64,000 nucleotides of DNA from Bacteroidota bacterium (GTDB taxonomy: Bacteria; Bacteroidota; Bacteroidia; Chitinophagales; Saprospiraceae). The notes beneath the pieces are model-generated. The model ran no database searches. It had not been told where the DNA came from and saw only the letters and a list, made by a program, of their open reading frames with translations. A program made the position numbers and the translations under genes. The stretch spans positions 3,299-67,298 of the forward strand of contig JAKQJD010000267.1 in assembly GCA_029561355.1 (NCBI GenBank). The letters run 5' to 3'. Positions within the stretch are counted from its first letter, which is position 1. The number at the start of each line of letters is the position of its first letter. This document shows, one piece after another, positions 47,147 to 57,560 of this stretch.

Positions 47147-47707
47147 ATGATAAAATCAATCATTTTATACCTGCTGTTCTTATTGCTCCCTGCCTGTTTT
47201 TACGCGCAAAGTTATTACGGACTCCTGGGCGGTGCGCTCTACAACAACATGCACAGAACCGTTGACCCGCCGGGAGTCGTGCCGATCAGCCAGCCTTACA
47301 AGCCCTACACCGGGATCGCGGCAGGTGCCACCGGAGGTGTGAAATTGAACCGTCTGCTGGGCGTTTCCGGTACACTGTCGTACCAGGCTTTCGCCAGAAA
47401 TACCCCACTGGGGAATAGCAGCCAGCGATATTTGAGCCTGGGCATCGCACCGGAAGTTTATCTTTCTAAAAACTTCCGGCTGTTGGCCGGCGTGCTGGGT
47501 GGGTTTGCGCTGAACGAATCGTTTCCCGGCGTCAATAAGTTTCACCCGATGGCACAGGCAGGCCTGTCCTATACGCTGGGTCCCGTTCTGCTCGATGTAA
47601 GGGGGCTGTATTCCCTGGGGTCATTTTGGGAGGAAAATTCAACCAACGTCATAAAACACTATCATCGCAGCATTCAGATTTCCATCGGCTACCTATGGCA
47701 CAACTAA
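47147..47707 (+). CDS. Small outer-membrane beta-barrel (porin-family) protein
   Basis: From the Met at 47147: MIKSIILYLLFLLLPACFYAQ. Alternating beta-strand pattern, about 186 aa. Confidence 0.55.
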   Translation: MIKSIILYLLFLLLPACFYAQSYYGLLGGALYNNMHRTVDPPGVVPISQPYKPYTGIAAGATGGVKLNRLLGVSGTLSYQAFARNTPLGNSSQRYLSLGIAPEVYLSKNFRLLAGVLGGFALNESFPGVNKFHPMAQAGLSYTLGPVLLDVRGLYSLGSFWEENSTNVIKHYHRSIQISIGYLWHN

Positions 47708-50028
47708 AATGGTTCCTGCTCTGCCTCTGCATGGCCGGGGCAATGCAAAATGCCTGCGCGCAGCGAGTCGTGCTATCCGGAAAGGTGACAGACCCGCAGG
47801 GTGAAACGCTGATCGGCGTTTCTATAAAAGTGGATACCGGCAGATATGCCTGTCAGACCAATAATTACGGATTTTACAGCATCAGTTTGCCCAGGGGGCA
47901 GCACGAAGTCATGGTTCATTACGTAGGCAACAAGGCCGACACGTTTCAGGTTTCCCTGCAGCGCAACACGGAACGCGACATTGTTTTGCGACCACTCGAA
48001 TTGACGGAAGTGGTTATTTCGGCCGATAACGAAACACAAAAAACGGGGGCCTTCGTGCTGCCGCTGCAACTGCTGGCCCGAATCCCTACCCTGGCCGGCG
48101 AACAGGACGTACTGAAAGCCATGACGTTTACGCCGGGTGTGGCCACCGGAACGGAAGGAACCGTAGGGCTTCACGTGCGCGGCGGATCCCCCGATCAAAA
48201 CCTGATTTTGCTCGACGATGCGGTGGTGTACAATCCGGCACACTTATTCGGTTTTTTGAGTGTTTTTAATCCGGATGCACTCAAGCAGGTGGAACTCATT
48301 AAAGGAAACGGCCCTGCCCGGTATGGCGGCAGAACCTCGTCGGTACTCAATATCCGGATGAAAGACGGCAACCAGAACAAGGTGACCGGCGCGATGGGCC
48401 TCGGAATCATTTCTTCACGCGGGCTTCTGGAAGGACCTCTGTGGCGGAAGAAAGGAACCTTCATGGTGGCCGGCCGTGCGGCCTACCTGGGCCTGGTGAA
48501 TTCTTTGAGCCGTATTAAATATAAAAATGGGAAGTCGAGCGAGTACACGGGTTATAACCTGGCCGACTTTAATGCCAAATTGAGTTATCCATTGTCGGAC
48601 AAGACCAACCTGTTTTTCAGTGCCTACAGCGGCGTGGATCAGATGGAGGTGTTTTCGCGCGATACTAAAACGGAATACCTGGAAAATGCCCTTACCTGGG
48701 GAAATGCGACGGCTACGGCCCGCCTGAATACCGTCGTTACGCCCAGGGTGTTTTTAAAAAACATGCTTGTTTTTTCCCGTTTTTTCTATAAAAACCAACT
48801 GGATTACCATTCGGAAAGCGAAGGAGATCGAACCACCTCCGGCTTCGTCAGTAAATCGGGCGTTACCGATTTTACCGGCCGCAGCGAGGTGGATTTTTTT
48901 CTGAACAACCGTTACACCATGCGGTTTGGCGCCGAAGCGTCGAGACATTGGTTCAAGCCCAGGGATAACTCCATTTATACCGTCGCGCCGGATACCACTG
49001 TTCAGGATAACCTGACGAACCGTGCGCAGGCCGTTCAACTGAGCGCCTATACGGAACAGGAAATATCCCTGACGTCCCATTCGGGGGTTAACCTGGGCGT
49101 GCGGATCAATGCTTTCCTGATTGAGGGCAAACAGTACACCATGGCGGAACCCCGGCTGTCGGCACACTGGGAAGTATCGCCGCAAACGGTGCTGAGGGGC
49201 AGTTTTACGGGCGGGCAGCAATGCCTGCACCTGTTGTCCAATGCGGGACTGGGCCTCCAAAACGATGTTTGGGTGCCCGTTACGGGGCGCATCCGTCCGC
49301 AACGGGTTTGGCAGGGCGCCATAGGCGTCAGCACGCGCTCGGCCCGGCACGACGTGGAGTACACGCTGGACCTGTTTTACAAAAAACTGTTCGAACAAAT
49401 TGAATATCGGGAAGGCAGCACGACGCTCACCACACTTACCCGCAACTGGTACGACCTGGTGACGACCGGTGGCATCGGCACTTCCAAAGGTGTGGAACTG
49501 GGCGTCACCAAAAAATCGGGGCGTTTCACGGGCCTTTTTGCATATACCTGGTCGAAAACGGATCGACTGTTCAAGGATTTGAACAACGGAAACCCTTACC
49601 CGTATCTCTATGATTACACGCACAACCTGAATGCAACCAGCAATATCAGCCTGGGACCCAAATGGGATATTTCCGCTACCTGGGTATGGCATACCGGCTC
49701 CGCTATTAGCCTGCCGACTGCCATATTAAACGGCGCAGGCAACGATTACTGGTATCATTACAAAAACAGGAACAATGCACGGCTGCCCGATTATATGCGC
49801 GCCGATATCGGCTTGAACCGCAACTGGACAGGACGAAACAAACACGAAAACACGTTTAATATCAGTATTTACAATGCGCTGAACAGAAAAAACCCGCTGT
49901 ATGCCAAAGTGATAAATGAAGTGACGGGATATGACCAGGCCACCCATTCCTACCAGTACAGCAATAAAATTCACTTGCAGGGCTTTATCCCGATTATTCC
50001 CTCAGTGAGTTATTCGGTAAAATTTTAG
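47695..50028 (+). CDS. TonB-dependent receptor with a carboxypeptidase-regulatory-like N-terminal domain
   Basis: From the Met at 47695: signal peptide MAQLKWFLLCLCMAGAMQNACAQ. CarboxypepD_reg-like VVLSGKVTDPQGETLIGVSIKV. Plug region GEQDVLKAMTFTPGV...GLHVRGGSPDQNLILLDDAVVYNP. C-terminal beta-barrel ending ...SYSVKF. Confidence 0.85.
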   Translation: MAQLKWFLLCLCMAGAMQNACAQRVVLSGKVTDPQGETLIGVSIKVDTGRYACQTNNYGFYSISLPRGQHEVMVHYVGNKADTFQVSLQRNTERDIVLRPLELTEVVISADNETQKTGAFVLPLQLLARIPTLAGEQDVLKAMTFTPGVATGTEGTVGLHVRGGSPDQNLILLDDAVVYNPAHLFGFLSVFNPDALKQVELIKGNGPARYGGRTSSVLNIRMKDGNQNKVTGAMGLGIISSRGLLEGPLWRKKGTFMVAGRAAYLGLVNSLSRIKYKNGKSSEYTGYNLADFNAKLSYPLSDKTNLFFSAYSGVDQMEVFSRDTKTEYLENALTWGNATATARLNTVVTPRVFLKNMLVFSRFFYKNQLDYHSESEGDRTTSGFVSKSGVTDFTGRSEVDFFLNNRYTMRFGAEASRHWFKPRDNSIYTVAPDTTVQDNLTNRAQAVQLSAYTEQEISLTSHSGVNLGVRINAFLIEGKQYTMAEPRLSAHWEVSPQTVLRGSFTGGQQCLHLLSNAGLGLQNDVWVPVTGRIRPQRVWQGAIGVSTRSARHDVEYTLDLFYKKLFEQIEYREGSTTLTTLTRNWYDLVTTGGIGTSKGVELGVTKKSGRFTGLFAYTWSKTDRLFKDLNNGNPYPYLYDYTHNLNATSNISLGPKWDISATWVWHTGSAISLPTAILNGAGNDYWYHYKNRNNARLPDYMRADIGLNRNWTGRNKHENTFNISIYNALNRKNPLYAKVINEVTGYDQATHSYQYSNKIHLQGFIPIIPSVSYSVKF

Positions 50029-50532
50029 GAGAAATATGATTCTTTGACGGTTAAGAGCGTGTAATCACGCATCGGAAATCCACACCCGCTCAGCCATTGC
50101 CAACCAGCATGCCGTTACAAAATGTCCACCACCACACATACCGCCCGCCTGGAACATTTCCTCTTCACCCATTCCTACCTTTTTTTTCAACATATCTCGC
50201 GGTATTACGCACTTTCTGCCGACTCATGGAGCGATACGGCCACTTGTGGGATTTTACGGCCATCAGCACCAATGACCGGATCGACTGGAACCTGGAAACC
50301 ATCACCCGGTTCGAAGACCGGATATACTGGTATTTCTTCTCCATGAATACGGGCGTGAAGTGGACAAAAACCATGCTGGAGTGTTTTGAAAACCGGCATT
50401 TGAAAAGAATCCGGAACCGGAACAGGTCACGATGGGGAAGGAGATCTGGTTGGGAAGATCAGGTTATACTGAAATCATGTAATTACCACTCGTAAATCAT
50501 ACCTACCTTGTCCCGAATTCAAAACTAAAACA

Positions 50533-50757
50533 ATGGCAGCAACAAAAATTACAGTCAACTCCAACGGTTCACTTAAAGTAGAGGGCGATTTTGAAATTGT
50601 AGACGCGCAAGGCAACGTGTACGGATTGCAGGGCCGTACCGCGCTCGGCCTGTGCCGCTGCGGACTGTCCAAAAACAAACCTTTTTGCGACGGTTCGCAC
50701 AACGGACACCTGGAACACGTTGCGGTGGCGTTTGATCTGCCTCCGAAAAAAGTGTAG
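50533..50757 (+). CDS. CDGSH iron-sulfur domain protein
   Basis: CRCGLSKNKPFCDGSH motif. 74 aa. Confidence 0.85.
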   Translation: MAATKITVNSNGSLKVEGDFEIVDAQGNVYGLQGRTALGLCRCGLSKNKPFCDGSHNGHLEHVAVAFDLPPKKV

Positions 50758-50790
50758 GTGCCTTACGAGGCCTCAACGGCACTACACAAT

Positions 50791-50898
50791 CACTTAAGTT
50801 TTTGAGTATCCGAGGATGCGAGTATTTGAGTATAAATGATTCGTTGTCAGTCAGATACTCGAATACTCGCATCCTCGAATACTCAAAAAACGTAAGTG
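50791..50898. repeat. Long word-repeat hairpin (GAGTAT / CGAGGATGCGAGTAT words)
   Basis: The left arm cacttaagtttttgagtatccgaggatgcgagtatttgagtat pairs almost perfectly with atactcgaatactcgcatcctcgaatactcaaaaaacgtaagtg. Stem about 43 bp, loop about 21 nt. Confidence 0.85.
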
Positions 50899-50946
50899 AA
50901 GAAGTCACTCTTAAAAATCTAATCCCCGCCCGCAAGAGGCATTTTT

Positions 50947-52992
50947 ATGCGAAGCATCCTCATCCTGTTATTATCCGCCTCTACCCTGCTGGAAGCGCAG
51001 AATTTTTCTTTTAATTTCAATACCAATGGCCGCCGGGTGTGTCTCGTCGATGCGGAAGTGAATACCGAAACGCCTTCCGTTACCATTCATTTTCTGGATG
51101 CCGCCACCAATACCAATGCCTTTACGGATGTATACAAGCGCCCGCTTTACGGAAACGGGGATGCCTGGATTCCCGTAGCCGCAGGTTTGCCGCCCGGCAC
51201 AACGGAGTGGTCGGATGCCGAAGTAAACGCCGGTGAAACCTGGGAATACCAGATCAGAAGAACCGCCTCATGGACCTACGCAGGTCAGACGTACGACGCG
51301 ATCGGCTACACCGTCGGCGCGGTGCTGCGCGACAATTCTGGTTATCAGGGACAAATGATCCTGCTGGCGGCCGACAATGTCGCAACGGGTTTGCCTGCCA
51401 AATATACCCGCCTGAAAAAAGAACTGACCGGCGAAGGCTGGTTCGTAAACGAAATCGTTGTTCCGGCAGCCGACGGCTGGGACAGCGGCGACGCGGTGGT
51501 CGGGATAAGGGAGCAAATCCGGGAAATGTATGCGAATGCTCCCGCCGGCGACAAACCCAAAATGCTGTTTATTCTGGGCCACGTTCCCATGCCTCGTTCG
51601 GGCTCTACCTCCGTTACCGCACCCGACGCACACGATCAGAACAAAGGCGCCCGCGGTTGCGACGGGTATTACGCGGATATCGACGGTGTGTACACCGATA
51701 TGGCAACATTCGACCCGGGCGGACTGGAAACGCCGCTGGCCGTCAACCTGCCCGGCGATTTTAAGTGGGACCAGGATTTTTTTCCTTCCGAACTGGAAAT
51801 GGCTTTCGGAAGGGTCGATTTTGCCGACCTCACCCCCGGCGCCTTGTCGGAAATTGAACTGACCGGGCGGTATCTCGACCGACTGAGCAATTACAAAACC
51901 CTGGCCGACGGCTTTCATATGGGCCGTAAAACCGGATTTTTCTTCGGATACAACAACTCCAACGACGGCTCCTACCGCACCCTGCCGAATCTGTCGGGCG
52001 CGGCAAATCTCGTGCAGAATAACGCCGGCGCACCGCATCCGCAATGGATCAAAGACAATGGTCCGTTTCAGGTGTACATGCAGAATGCCGCTTTCCCTGA
52101 AATCGGGCAATGGGAGGAATCCGGCATGGATGCCACGGTTTTTTCCAGCGACCAGAGTTACTGGGGTTTCAACGACGAACCGCAGAGTTTTTATTACAGC
52201 CGCATCCGGGCTTTGCTGTCGCTCGATACCCGGTGTCTGGTAGCCCTCTGGACCACTTCGGCCGTCAATACTTTCCACCAGGCTTGTACCGGCGATCCGT
52301 TTGGCAAAGCCATTCTGGAAACGATGAATTACAATGCCGGCAACAACAATGTGGAAAGACCGCCGCAGGACTGGGATACACAGAACTGGTGGAATCGCAC
52401 CCATTTTTCCTACAATGGCGACCCTACCCTGCGTTTGTACCAAACAGCGCCGCCTTCCGGACTTACGATCAGTCAATTAGATAACAAAGCCGTACTCAAC
52501 TGGGCTCCCGCGCCGGATGCGGACGTGATCGGATATCATATTTACAAAAGCGCTACGGAATTCGGCGTGTTCGAGCGACTGACTTCCAGTCCCATAAGCG
52601 CTCTGGAATACACGGACGAACAATACCAGCAACACGACTGGTACATGGTCAGGGCAGTACAGTTGGCGGAAAGTGGCTGCGGTACATTTCTAAACCCGAG
52701 CATGGGCGTATTTGTACAGGGAAGTTTTCCCGTTTCCGCTACCGTGGAAAATTCGGCGGCTCCCGGGCTCGGCGTTTTCCCCAACCCGGCAGACCGTTTA
52801 GTTACCATTGTGGCTGATTTCAATGTGGAATCCCTGGAAATTCTTGATGCAAGAGGTATTCCGGTTCAGCGCCTGAACGACCTGCATCAAAACAAAATTA
52901 CGCTCGATATATCCGGCCTGCCTGCGGGTGTTTATCTTTTGAAAGTGATAAACGGAACAAGATCGGAGACGAGAGAAATGGTGGTGATTTAA
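50947..52992 (+). CDS. Secreted protein with a T9SS C-terminal sorting domain
   Basis: Signal peptide MRSILILLLSASTLLEAQ. FN3-like segment (LTISQLDNKAVLNWAPAPDADVIGYHIYKS). C-terminus VFPNPADRLVTIV...LEILDARG...LPAGVYLLKVINGT matches the type A T9SS CTD. Confidence 0.75.
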   Translation: MRSILILLLSASTLLEAQNFSFNFNTNGRRVCLVDAEVNTETPSVTIHFLDAATNTNAFTDVYKRPLYGNGDAWIPVAAGLPPGTTEWSDAEVNAGETWEYQIRRTASWTYAGQTYDAIGYTVGAVLRDNSGYQGQMILLAADNVATGLPAKYTRLKKELTGEGWFVNEIVVPAADGWDSGDAVVGIREQIREMYANAPAGDKPKMLFILGHVPMPRSGSTSVTAPDAHDQNKGARGCDGYYADIDGVYTDMATFDPGGLETPLAVNLPGDFKWDQDFFPSELEMAFGRVDFADLTPGALSEIELTGRYLDRLSNYKTLADGFHMGRKTGFFFGYNNSNDGSYRTLPNLSGAANLVQNNAGAPHPQWIKDNGPFQVYMQNAAFPEIGQWEESGMDATVFSSDQSYWGFNDEPQSFYYSRIRALLSLDTRCLVALWTTSAVNTFHQACTGDPFGKAILETMNYNAGNNNVERPPQDWDTQNWWNRTHFSYNGDPTLRLYQTAPPSGLTISQLDNKAVLNWAPAPDADVIGYHIYKSATEFGVFERLTSSPISALEYTDEQYQQHDWYMVRAVQLAESGCGTFLNPSMGVFVQGSFPVSATVENSAAPGLGVFPNPADRLVTIVADFNVESLEILDARGIPVQRLNDLHQNKITLDISGLPAGVYLLKVINGTRSETREMVVI

Positions 52993-53930
52993 AGAATTAC
53001 GGCTTCCGGCATCCCTTTTCCTTCGGTCAGCAACTTGAACAGACTTTCCCCGACGTAATAATCCCAGGCTTTCACGCAGGCGCCGTAGCACTCCGCTTTC
53101 GGCGCCAGCCCGAAGTGTGTAAAATCGATGTGCGTCTGATCGCCCTGCCGGGAAATTTCAAAACAGATTTTCGTGTTCGTCCATTCTTCTTTGTCTTCCA
53201 GAAAATTGAGCAGGCTGTCGGTCACCAGCCACACGACCTTTTCATCAGGGATCACTTCCACGAGTTTTTGGGTGGACATATGCACGTCGCCGAAACGAAC
53301 GGTGAACGCATCGCCCGGTTTTTCCGAGCGGCCTTCCATATTTATCGTCCACCATTTCGAAATACCGTTGATGCCGTTGAAGGCTTCGTGCGCCGTAGCG
53401 GGCACGGTAATGCGGAGGTGATAATCCGGTTCTTGCCGGGTTTGATTTTCAGTATGTTGCCGGAGCAACCAGTCGTTGAATCCGCCTTCTTTCGGGTTGG
53501 GCTGGCCCTGGCCCGTAACGATCAGGCTGCGCAGGCTGTTTTGGATGTAATTGGTCCAGGCATCACGGCAAATCTCGAAACATTCGTAGGCGGGTACCAG
53601 GCCCTTGTGTGTAAACCGGAGTTGCGTTTGCTCGTTCTGCCGGGCAATTTCAAAAATGATTTCCGTGCCCTTCCATTCGTTTTCGTCCTGTATAAAATTG
53701 AAGTAGTTGTCCAGCACCAGCCAGACGACTTTTTTGCCCGGCACAACTTCCGTTAACCGCATTTTGCAGTAATGGACGTCTTTGTGGTGGTACCGGAATT
53801 CATCGCCTTCCTTCTCCGTGCCGCCTTCAATTTCCTCCGACCACCATCCGCGAACGTTGGTGACGGCTTGAAATACTTCTTCCGGTGTCTGATCCAGGAG
53901 TAATGTGGTGGTAAAATCTGATGTAGCCAT
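52989..53930 (-). CDS. SRPBCC-superfamily protein with two Aha1/START-like domains
   Basis: Two tandem units are present (EEVFQAVTNVRGWWSE.IEG....GDEF and HEAFNGINGISKWWT..MEG.....GDAF). Preferred start is the Met at 53930 (MATSDF). Confidence 0.65.
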   Translation of the reverse strand: MATSDFTTTLLLDQTPEEVFQAVTNVRGWWSEEIEGGTEKEGDEFRYHHKDVHYCKMRLTEVVPGKKVVWLVLDNYFNFIQDENEWKGTEIIFEIARQNEQTQLRFTHKGLVPAYECFEICRDAWTNYIQNSLRSLIVTGQGQPNPKEGGFNDWLLRQHTENQTRQEPDYHLRITVPATAHEAFNGINGISKWWTINMEGRSEKPGDAFTVRFGDVHMSTQKLVEVIPDEKVVWLVTDSLLNFLEDKEEWTNTKICFEISRQGDQTHIDFTHFGLAPKAECYGACVKAWDYYVGESLFKLLTEGKGMPEAVIL

Positions 53931-54062
53931 TGTATCGTATGATTTTGAATTAGAACACCACAAAATTACCGTCTGAAATCCGCAGTTCACGGGTGCGATA
54001 TAGACATCCTTCCGGGTTGATCTGGACAGAATAAGCGCCTACCTTTGCCCAAAATTTTTAGC

Positions 54063-55034
54063 ATGAAGCAAGTGACGATCCTGGTCCCGAAAGGCAAAGT
54101 CAATCTGAGCAGCATCACGGGTTCGCTGGAAATTCTCACCCGCGCCAACGAACACTGGCGCAAAATGGGCAACCGGCCTAAGATGGAAATACGCATCGCC
54201 GGACTGGTGCCGGAACTGAAACTCGACGGCGGTTTTTTTTCGATTTTTCCGGTGCCCATCGGGGAAATAAAGAAAACGGACCTGATCATCCTGCCTTCCG
54301 TTTCGTACGATTACGGCAACGTCATCCGGGATAATACCGCACTAATTGCCTGGATCAAAGAGCAGTATAAAAACGGCGCTGAAATCGCCAGTATCTGCAC
54401 CGGCGCGTTTTTGCTGGCCGCTACCGGCCTGCTCGACGGAAAAACCTGCTCCACGCACTGGAATGCCGCCAACGACTTCCGGCGGCAATTCCCGAATGTA
54501 CATCTGCAAGTGGATCAACTCGTTACGTCGGACCGCGGCATCTACACCAACGGCGGCGCCTACTCCTTTCTGAACCTGATCCTGTTCCTGGTGGAAAAGT
54601 ACTTCGACCGGGCCACAGCCATTTTCTGCTCCAAGGTTTTTCAGATCGACATGGACCGGACTTCGCAATCGCCGTTTTTTATTTTTCAGGCGCAGAAAAA
54701 CCATGGCGACGAACTCATCGGCCAGGCCCAGACCTATATCGAGGAAAACCTGAGCGCCAAAATTTCCTTCGAGGAACTGGCCTCTTCGCTTGCCGTCAGC
54801 CGCCGCAACTTCGACCGGCGTTTTATCAAAGCCACCGGCAATACGCCGGTTGAATACCTGCAACGCGTAAAAGTGGAAGTGGCTAAAAGCGCCCTGGAAA
54901 AAGGCCGGAAAAATGTTTTCGAGATAATGGATGAGGTAGGGTACTCGGACGACAAGGCGTTCCGGGAGGTTTTTAAGCGGATTACGGGTATGTCGCCGCT
55001 GGATTATCGGGGTAGGTATAATAAGGGGGCGTAA
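54063..55034 (+). CDS. GlxA-family regulator (DJ-1/PfpI domain plus AraC-type HTH)
   Basis: DJ-1/PfpI nucleophile-elbow context ASICTGAFLLAATGLLDGK. C-terminal AraC HTH (SLAVSRRNFDRRFIKATGNTPVEYLQRVKVEVAK ... GYSDDKAFREVFKRITGMSPLDYR). Confidence 0.85.
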   Translation: MKQVTILVPKGKVNLSSITGSLEILTRANEHWRKMGNRPKMEIRIAGLVPELKLDGGFFSIFPVPIGEIKKTDLIILPSVSYDYGNVIRDNTALIAWIKEQYKNGAEIASICTGAFLLAATGLLDGKTCSTHWNAANDFRRQFPNVHLQVDQLVTSDRGIYTNGGAYSFLNLILFLVEKYFDRATAIFCSKVFQIDMDRTSQSPFFIFQAQKNHGDELIGQAQTYIEENLSAKISFEELASSLAVSRRNFDRRFIKATGNTPVEYLQRVKVEVAKSALEKGRKNVFEIMDEVGYSDDKAFREVFKRITGMSPLDYRGRYNKGA

Positions 55035-55085
55035 ATTCTATGATTTGATTTTGATCTTATATTTGGCATCATTTTATTTAAAATG

Positions 55086-55115
55086 TACCTTTGATGCCAT
55101 CATATGATGGCATCA
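55086..55115 (+). promoter_or_regulatory. TAccTTTG -7 box (55086-55093) abutting a perfect 24-bp palindrome (55092-55115) at the Fic gene start
   Basis: tgatgccatcat|atgatggcatca is a perfect inverted repeat. It overlaps the -7 box and ends at the first base of the ATG at 55115. Confidence 0.5.
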
Positions 55116-56074
55116 TGACTCATAAATACTACGAAGGCACTTCTCTGATTATCAATTTGTCAACCGAGATTGGCAGATTGCTAGGTGTTATAGACGCAAC
55201 ACATCTCAGGAAGCCGCAGACTGAACTCAGGAAAAAAAATAAGGTAAAGACCATTCGTGCATCCCTGGCGATAGAAGGGAATACCTTGAGCGAAGATCAG
55301 ATTACCGCAATCATTGAAAACAAACGTGTAATCGGTCCTTCAAAGGACATCAAAGAGGTGGAGAATGCGATTCAGGCATATGACAATCTTTCAAATTTTG
55401 ACGCCTTTTCGAAAGAGTCTTATCTGGAGGCGCACAGGTTGTTAATGTCGGGTCTGGTGGAAAAACCGGGCCAGTTCAGGACCGGTTCGGTCGGCGTAAT
55501 TCAAGGGGACAGGATTGCACACATGGCTCCGCCGGGATGGAATGTCGATAATTTAATGACAAACTTGTTTGCATATCTTAAAGAAGGAGAGGATAACCTG
55601 ATCATCAAGAGTTGCGTGTTCCACTATGAAATGGAATTTATTCATCCTTTTATGGATGGGAACGGAAGGATGGGACGATTGTGGCAAACTGTGATATTAA
55701 TGAGGGCAAATCCCGTGTTTGAATATTTGCCCATTGAACAGGAGATAAAGAAAAGTCAGGAAGAATACTATCATGTATTGAGCCAATGCGATAAGGAAGG
55801 ACTCTCCACAAAATTCGTTGAATACTTATTGGGCAAGATAAAGTTGAGTTTAACGGAACTTGTGGATACGCAAAGGGAAAATTTCACGGATATAGAGCGT
55901 TTGAATTACTTCATGGACCAAATTGATACGGGCGATTTTACCAGGAAAGACTATCTCAGGATGTTCCCTAAAATCTCGACCGCAACCGCAACCAGGGATT
56001 TAAGAAAAGGCGTTGAGGAGGGTATACTGGTTAGGAAAGGGAACGATCGATTGGCGAGTTATCAAAAGAAATAA
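55115..56074 (+). CDS. Fic-family protein (class II-like, with N-terminal inhibitory motif and C-terminal winged-HTH)
   Basis: Fic motif HPFMDGNGRMGR. Upstream SLAIEG fits the (S/T)xxxE(G/N) inhibitory helix. The C-terminus KISTATATRDLRKGVEEGILVRKG is wHTH-like. The gene is AT-rich. The ORF track starts it at a TTG (55091); I prefer the ATG at 55115. Confidence 0.85.
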   Translation: MTHKYYEGTSLIINLSTEIGRLLGVIDATHLRKPQTELRKKNKVKTIRASLAIEGNTLSEDQITAIIENKRVIGPSKDIKEVENAIQAYDNLSNFDAFSKESYLEAHRLLMSGLVEKPGQFRTGSVGVIQGDRIAHMAPPGWNVDNLMTNLFAYLKEGEDNLIIKSCVFHYEMEFIHPFMDGNGRMGRLWQTVILMRANPVFEYLPIEQEIKKSQEEYYHVLSQCDKEGLSTKFVEYLLGKIKLSLTELVDTQRENFTDIERLNYFMDQIDTGDFTRKDYLRMFPKISTATATRDLRKGVEEGILVRKGNDRLASYQKK

Positions 56075-56089
56075 AGAACTATCTCCACC

Positions 56090-56992
56090 CTACCCGCACT
56101 CAAAATCCAGATTCAGCCCCCGTGCCGCCTCATCGCACAAGTCAATAAAATTCCGCACGATCGGGCTGTGATCGTCCGTGCGCCAGACCATGTACAACGT
56201 GGTTTGTGTTTTCAGCGGGATAAACCGCACTTTGAGCGAACTGCCCATGCGGTAACTCAGCGGCAAAATCGAAACGCCCAGGTTTTTTTCCACCAGCCGC
56301 ATGATGGTAGCGCCGAAATTGGATTCGTACGCAATGCGCGGCACAAAACCTTCCTTGTTAAACATGCCGTAAATCAACTGGCGGTACATCTGCCAGTCGG
56401 CCAGATACGGGAGAATAAATCCGTCGCTGCGGCATTGCGCGATGGACTTGAAATTTTCCTTCGTCAGTGCGTGTTTTTCCGGCACCACCAGGGCCAGTTG
56501 CTCTGAAAACAACTTCCGCTGGCACACATTGGGGTGGTCGTACATTTCCTCCCGCGAAAAACACACGTCGATATGGCCGTTCACCAGCGTTTCCAAAACT
56601 TCCACTTCCGCCATTTCCGATAAAACGCCATCCAGTAGCGGCAGTTTCTGTTGCAGCAGGCACAACACCTCCGGCAAAATGGAATACAACGCCGAGCCCG
56701 GATAACCGATCCGGATGGTGCCCACGTGCCCGTTTTGAATGGAAAGAGCGTAATCGAGCGTGTCCTTGAAGCGCTTGTCGAGTTTGATCATCTCGTCGCG
56801 CAGATACATGCCTGCGGGCGTGAGCCACACATTCCGGTTGTTGCGTTCGAACAAAACCACCCCCAGGTCCTGCTCCAGTTGCCGGATCTGGCGGCTCAAT
56901 GCAGGCTGCACAATGTTCAGATTGATAGCGGCTTTTGAGAAATTCAGGGTTTCTGCCACCCCGAGAAAATATTTGATCTGTCGAAGTTCCAT
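56090..56992 (-). CDS. LysR-family transcriptional regulator
   Basis: N-terminal HTH MELRQIKYFLGVAETLNFSKAAINLNIVQPALSRQIRQLEQDLGVVLFER plus a substrate-binding domain. 300 aa. Confidence 0.9.
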   Translation of the reverse strand: MELRQIKYFLGVAETLNFSKAAINLNIVQPALSRQIRQLEQDLGVVLFERNNRNVWLTPAGMYLRDEMIKLDKRFKDTLDYALSIQNGHVGTIRIGYPGSALYSILPEVLCLLQQKLPLLDGVLSEMAEVEVLETLVNGHIDVCFSREEMYDHPNVCQRKLFSEQLALVVPEKHALTKENFKSIAQCRSDGFILPYLADWQMYRQLIYGMFNKEGFVPRIAYESNFGATIMRLVEKNLGVSILPLSYRMGSSLKVRFIPLKTQTTLYMVWRTDDHSPIVRNFIDLCDEAARGLNLDFECG

Positions 56993-57145
56993 GTTCGAAA
57001 AAGTTCCGTGGAAGCACGATTCTATTCATGCTTTTTCGGCATAAATCTATGCAATCTTAGCATTTTCAAGTATCAATCGCTTCCCTGAAATTTGTACCGT
57101 CATCGCGACCGACAGATACATTTTCAACGACAAAATCTACATAAA

Positions 57146-57547
57146 ATGAAACACACACGGACATCCCTCCTTTTCAGTGTATTCCTTTTTCTCCTGCTCA
57201 CAGGCACGAAAACAATGGCTCAGGAAGCGACGGACCTTCAGGTGAAAATTACCACGACGGAAGACCTTCGGGTACTTTTGACGGCTCAAAACGACACCGG
57301 TAAAAAACTGTACTTAAGCGTGCGGATGCAGGAAAATGCCACATTCAACCGCGTGGCGGAAACGGAAATTTATTCGGAAGAAATTTCGGGTGATATATCC
57401 AGTTTTAACCGCGTACTCAACCTCTCCAAACTGGAAAGCGGCACGTACCGGATCAGCATTAAAGCAGGCAAACAACATTTCGACCGATTTTTGAATATCC
57501 GGACGAAACCTGTTGCCGACGATTCCCGCATCATCGCGCTTCAATAG
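57146..57547 (+). CDS. Small secreted hypothetical protein
   Basis: From the Met at 57146: MKHTRTSLLFSVFLFLLLTGTKTMAQ. Divergent from the LysR gene. Confidence 0.5.
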   Translation: MKHTRTSLLFSVFLFLLLTGTKTMAQEATDLQVKITTTEDLRVLLTAQNDTGKKLYLSVRMQENATFNRVAETEIYSEEISGDISSFNRVLNLSKLESGTYRISIKAGKQHFDRFLNIRTKPVADDSRIIALQ

Positions 57548-57560
57548 AATGGGTTAAGTG

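Noticed and set aside
50097-50495. 132-aa ORF containing W-rich repeats (WDFTAISTNDRIDWNLETITRFEDRIYWYFFSMNTGVKW)
   Set aside because: It resembles a fragment of a repeat-protein family, but the N-terminal part is low-complexity (His/Pro/Thr-rich), no credible start or signal is present, and it is short. It is possibly a gene remnant, which is too weak to annotate.
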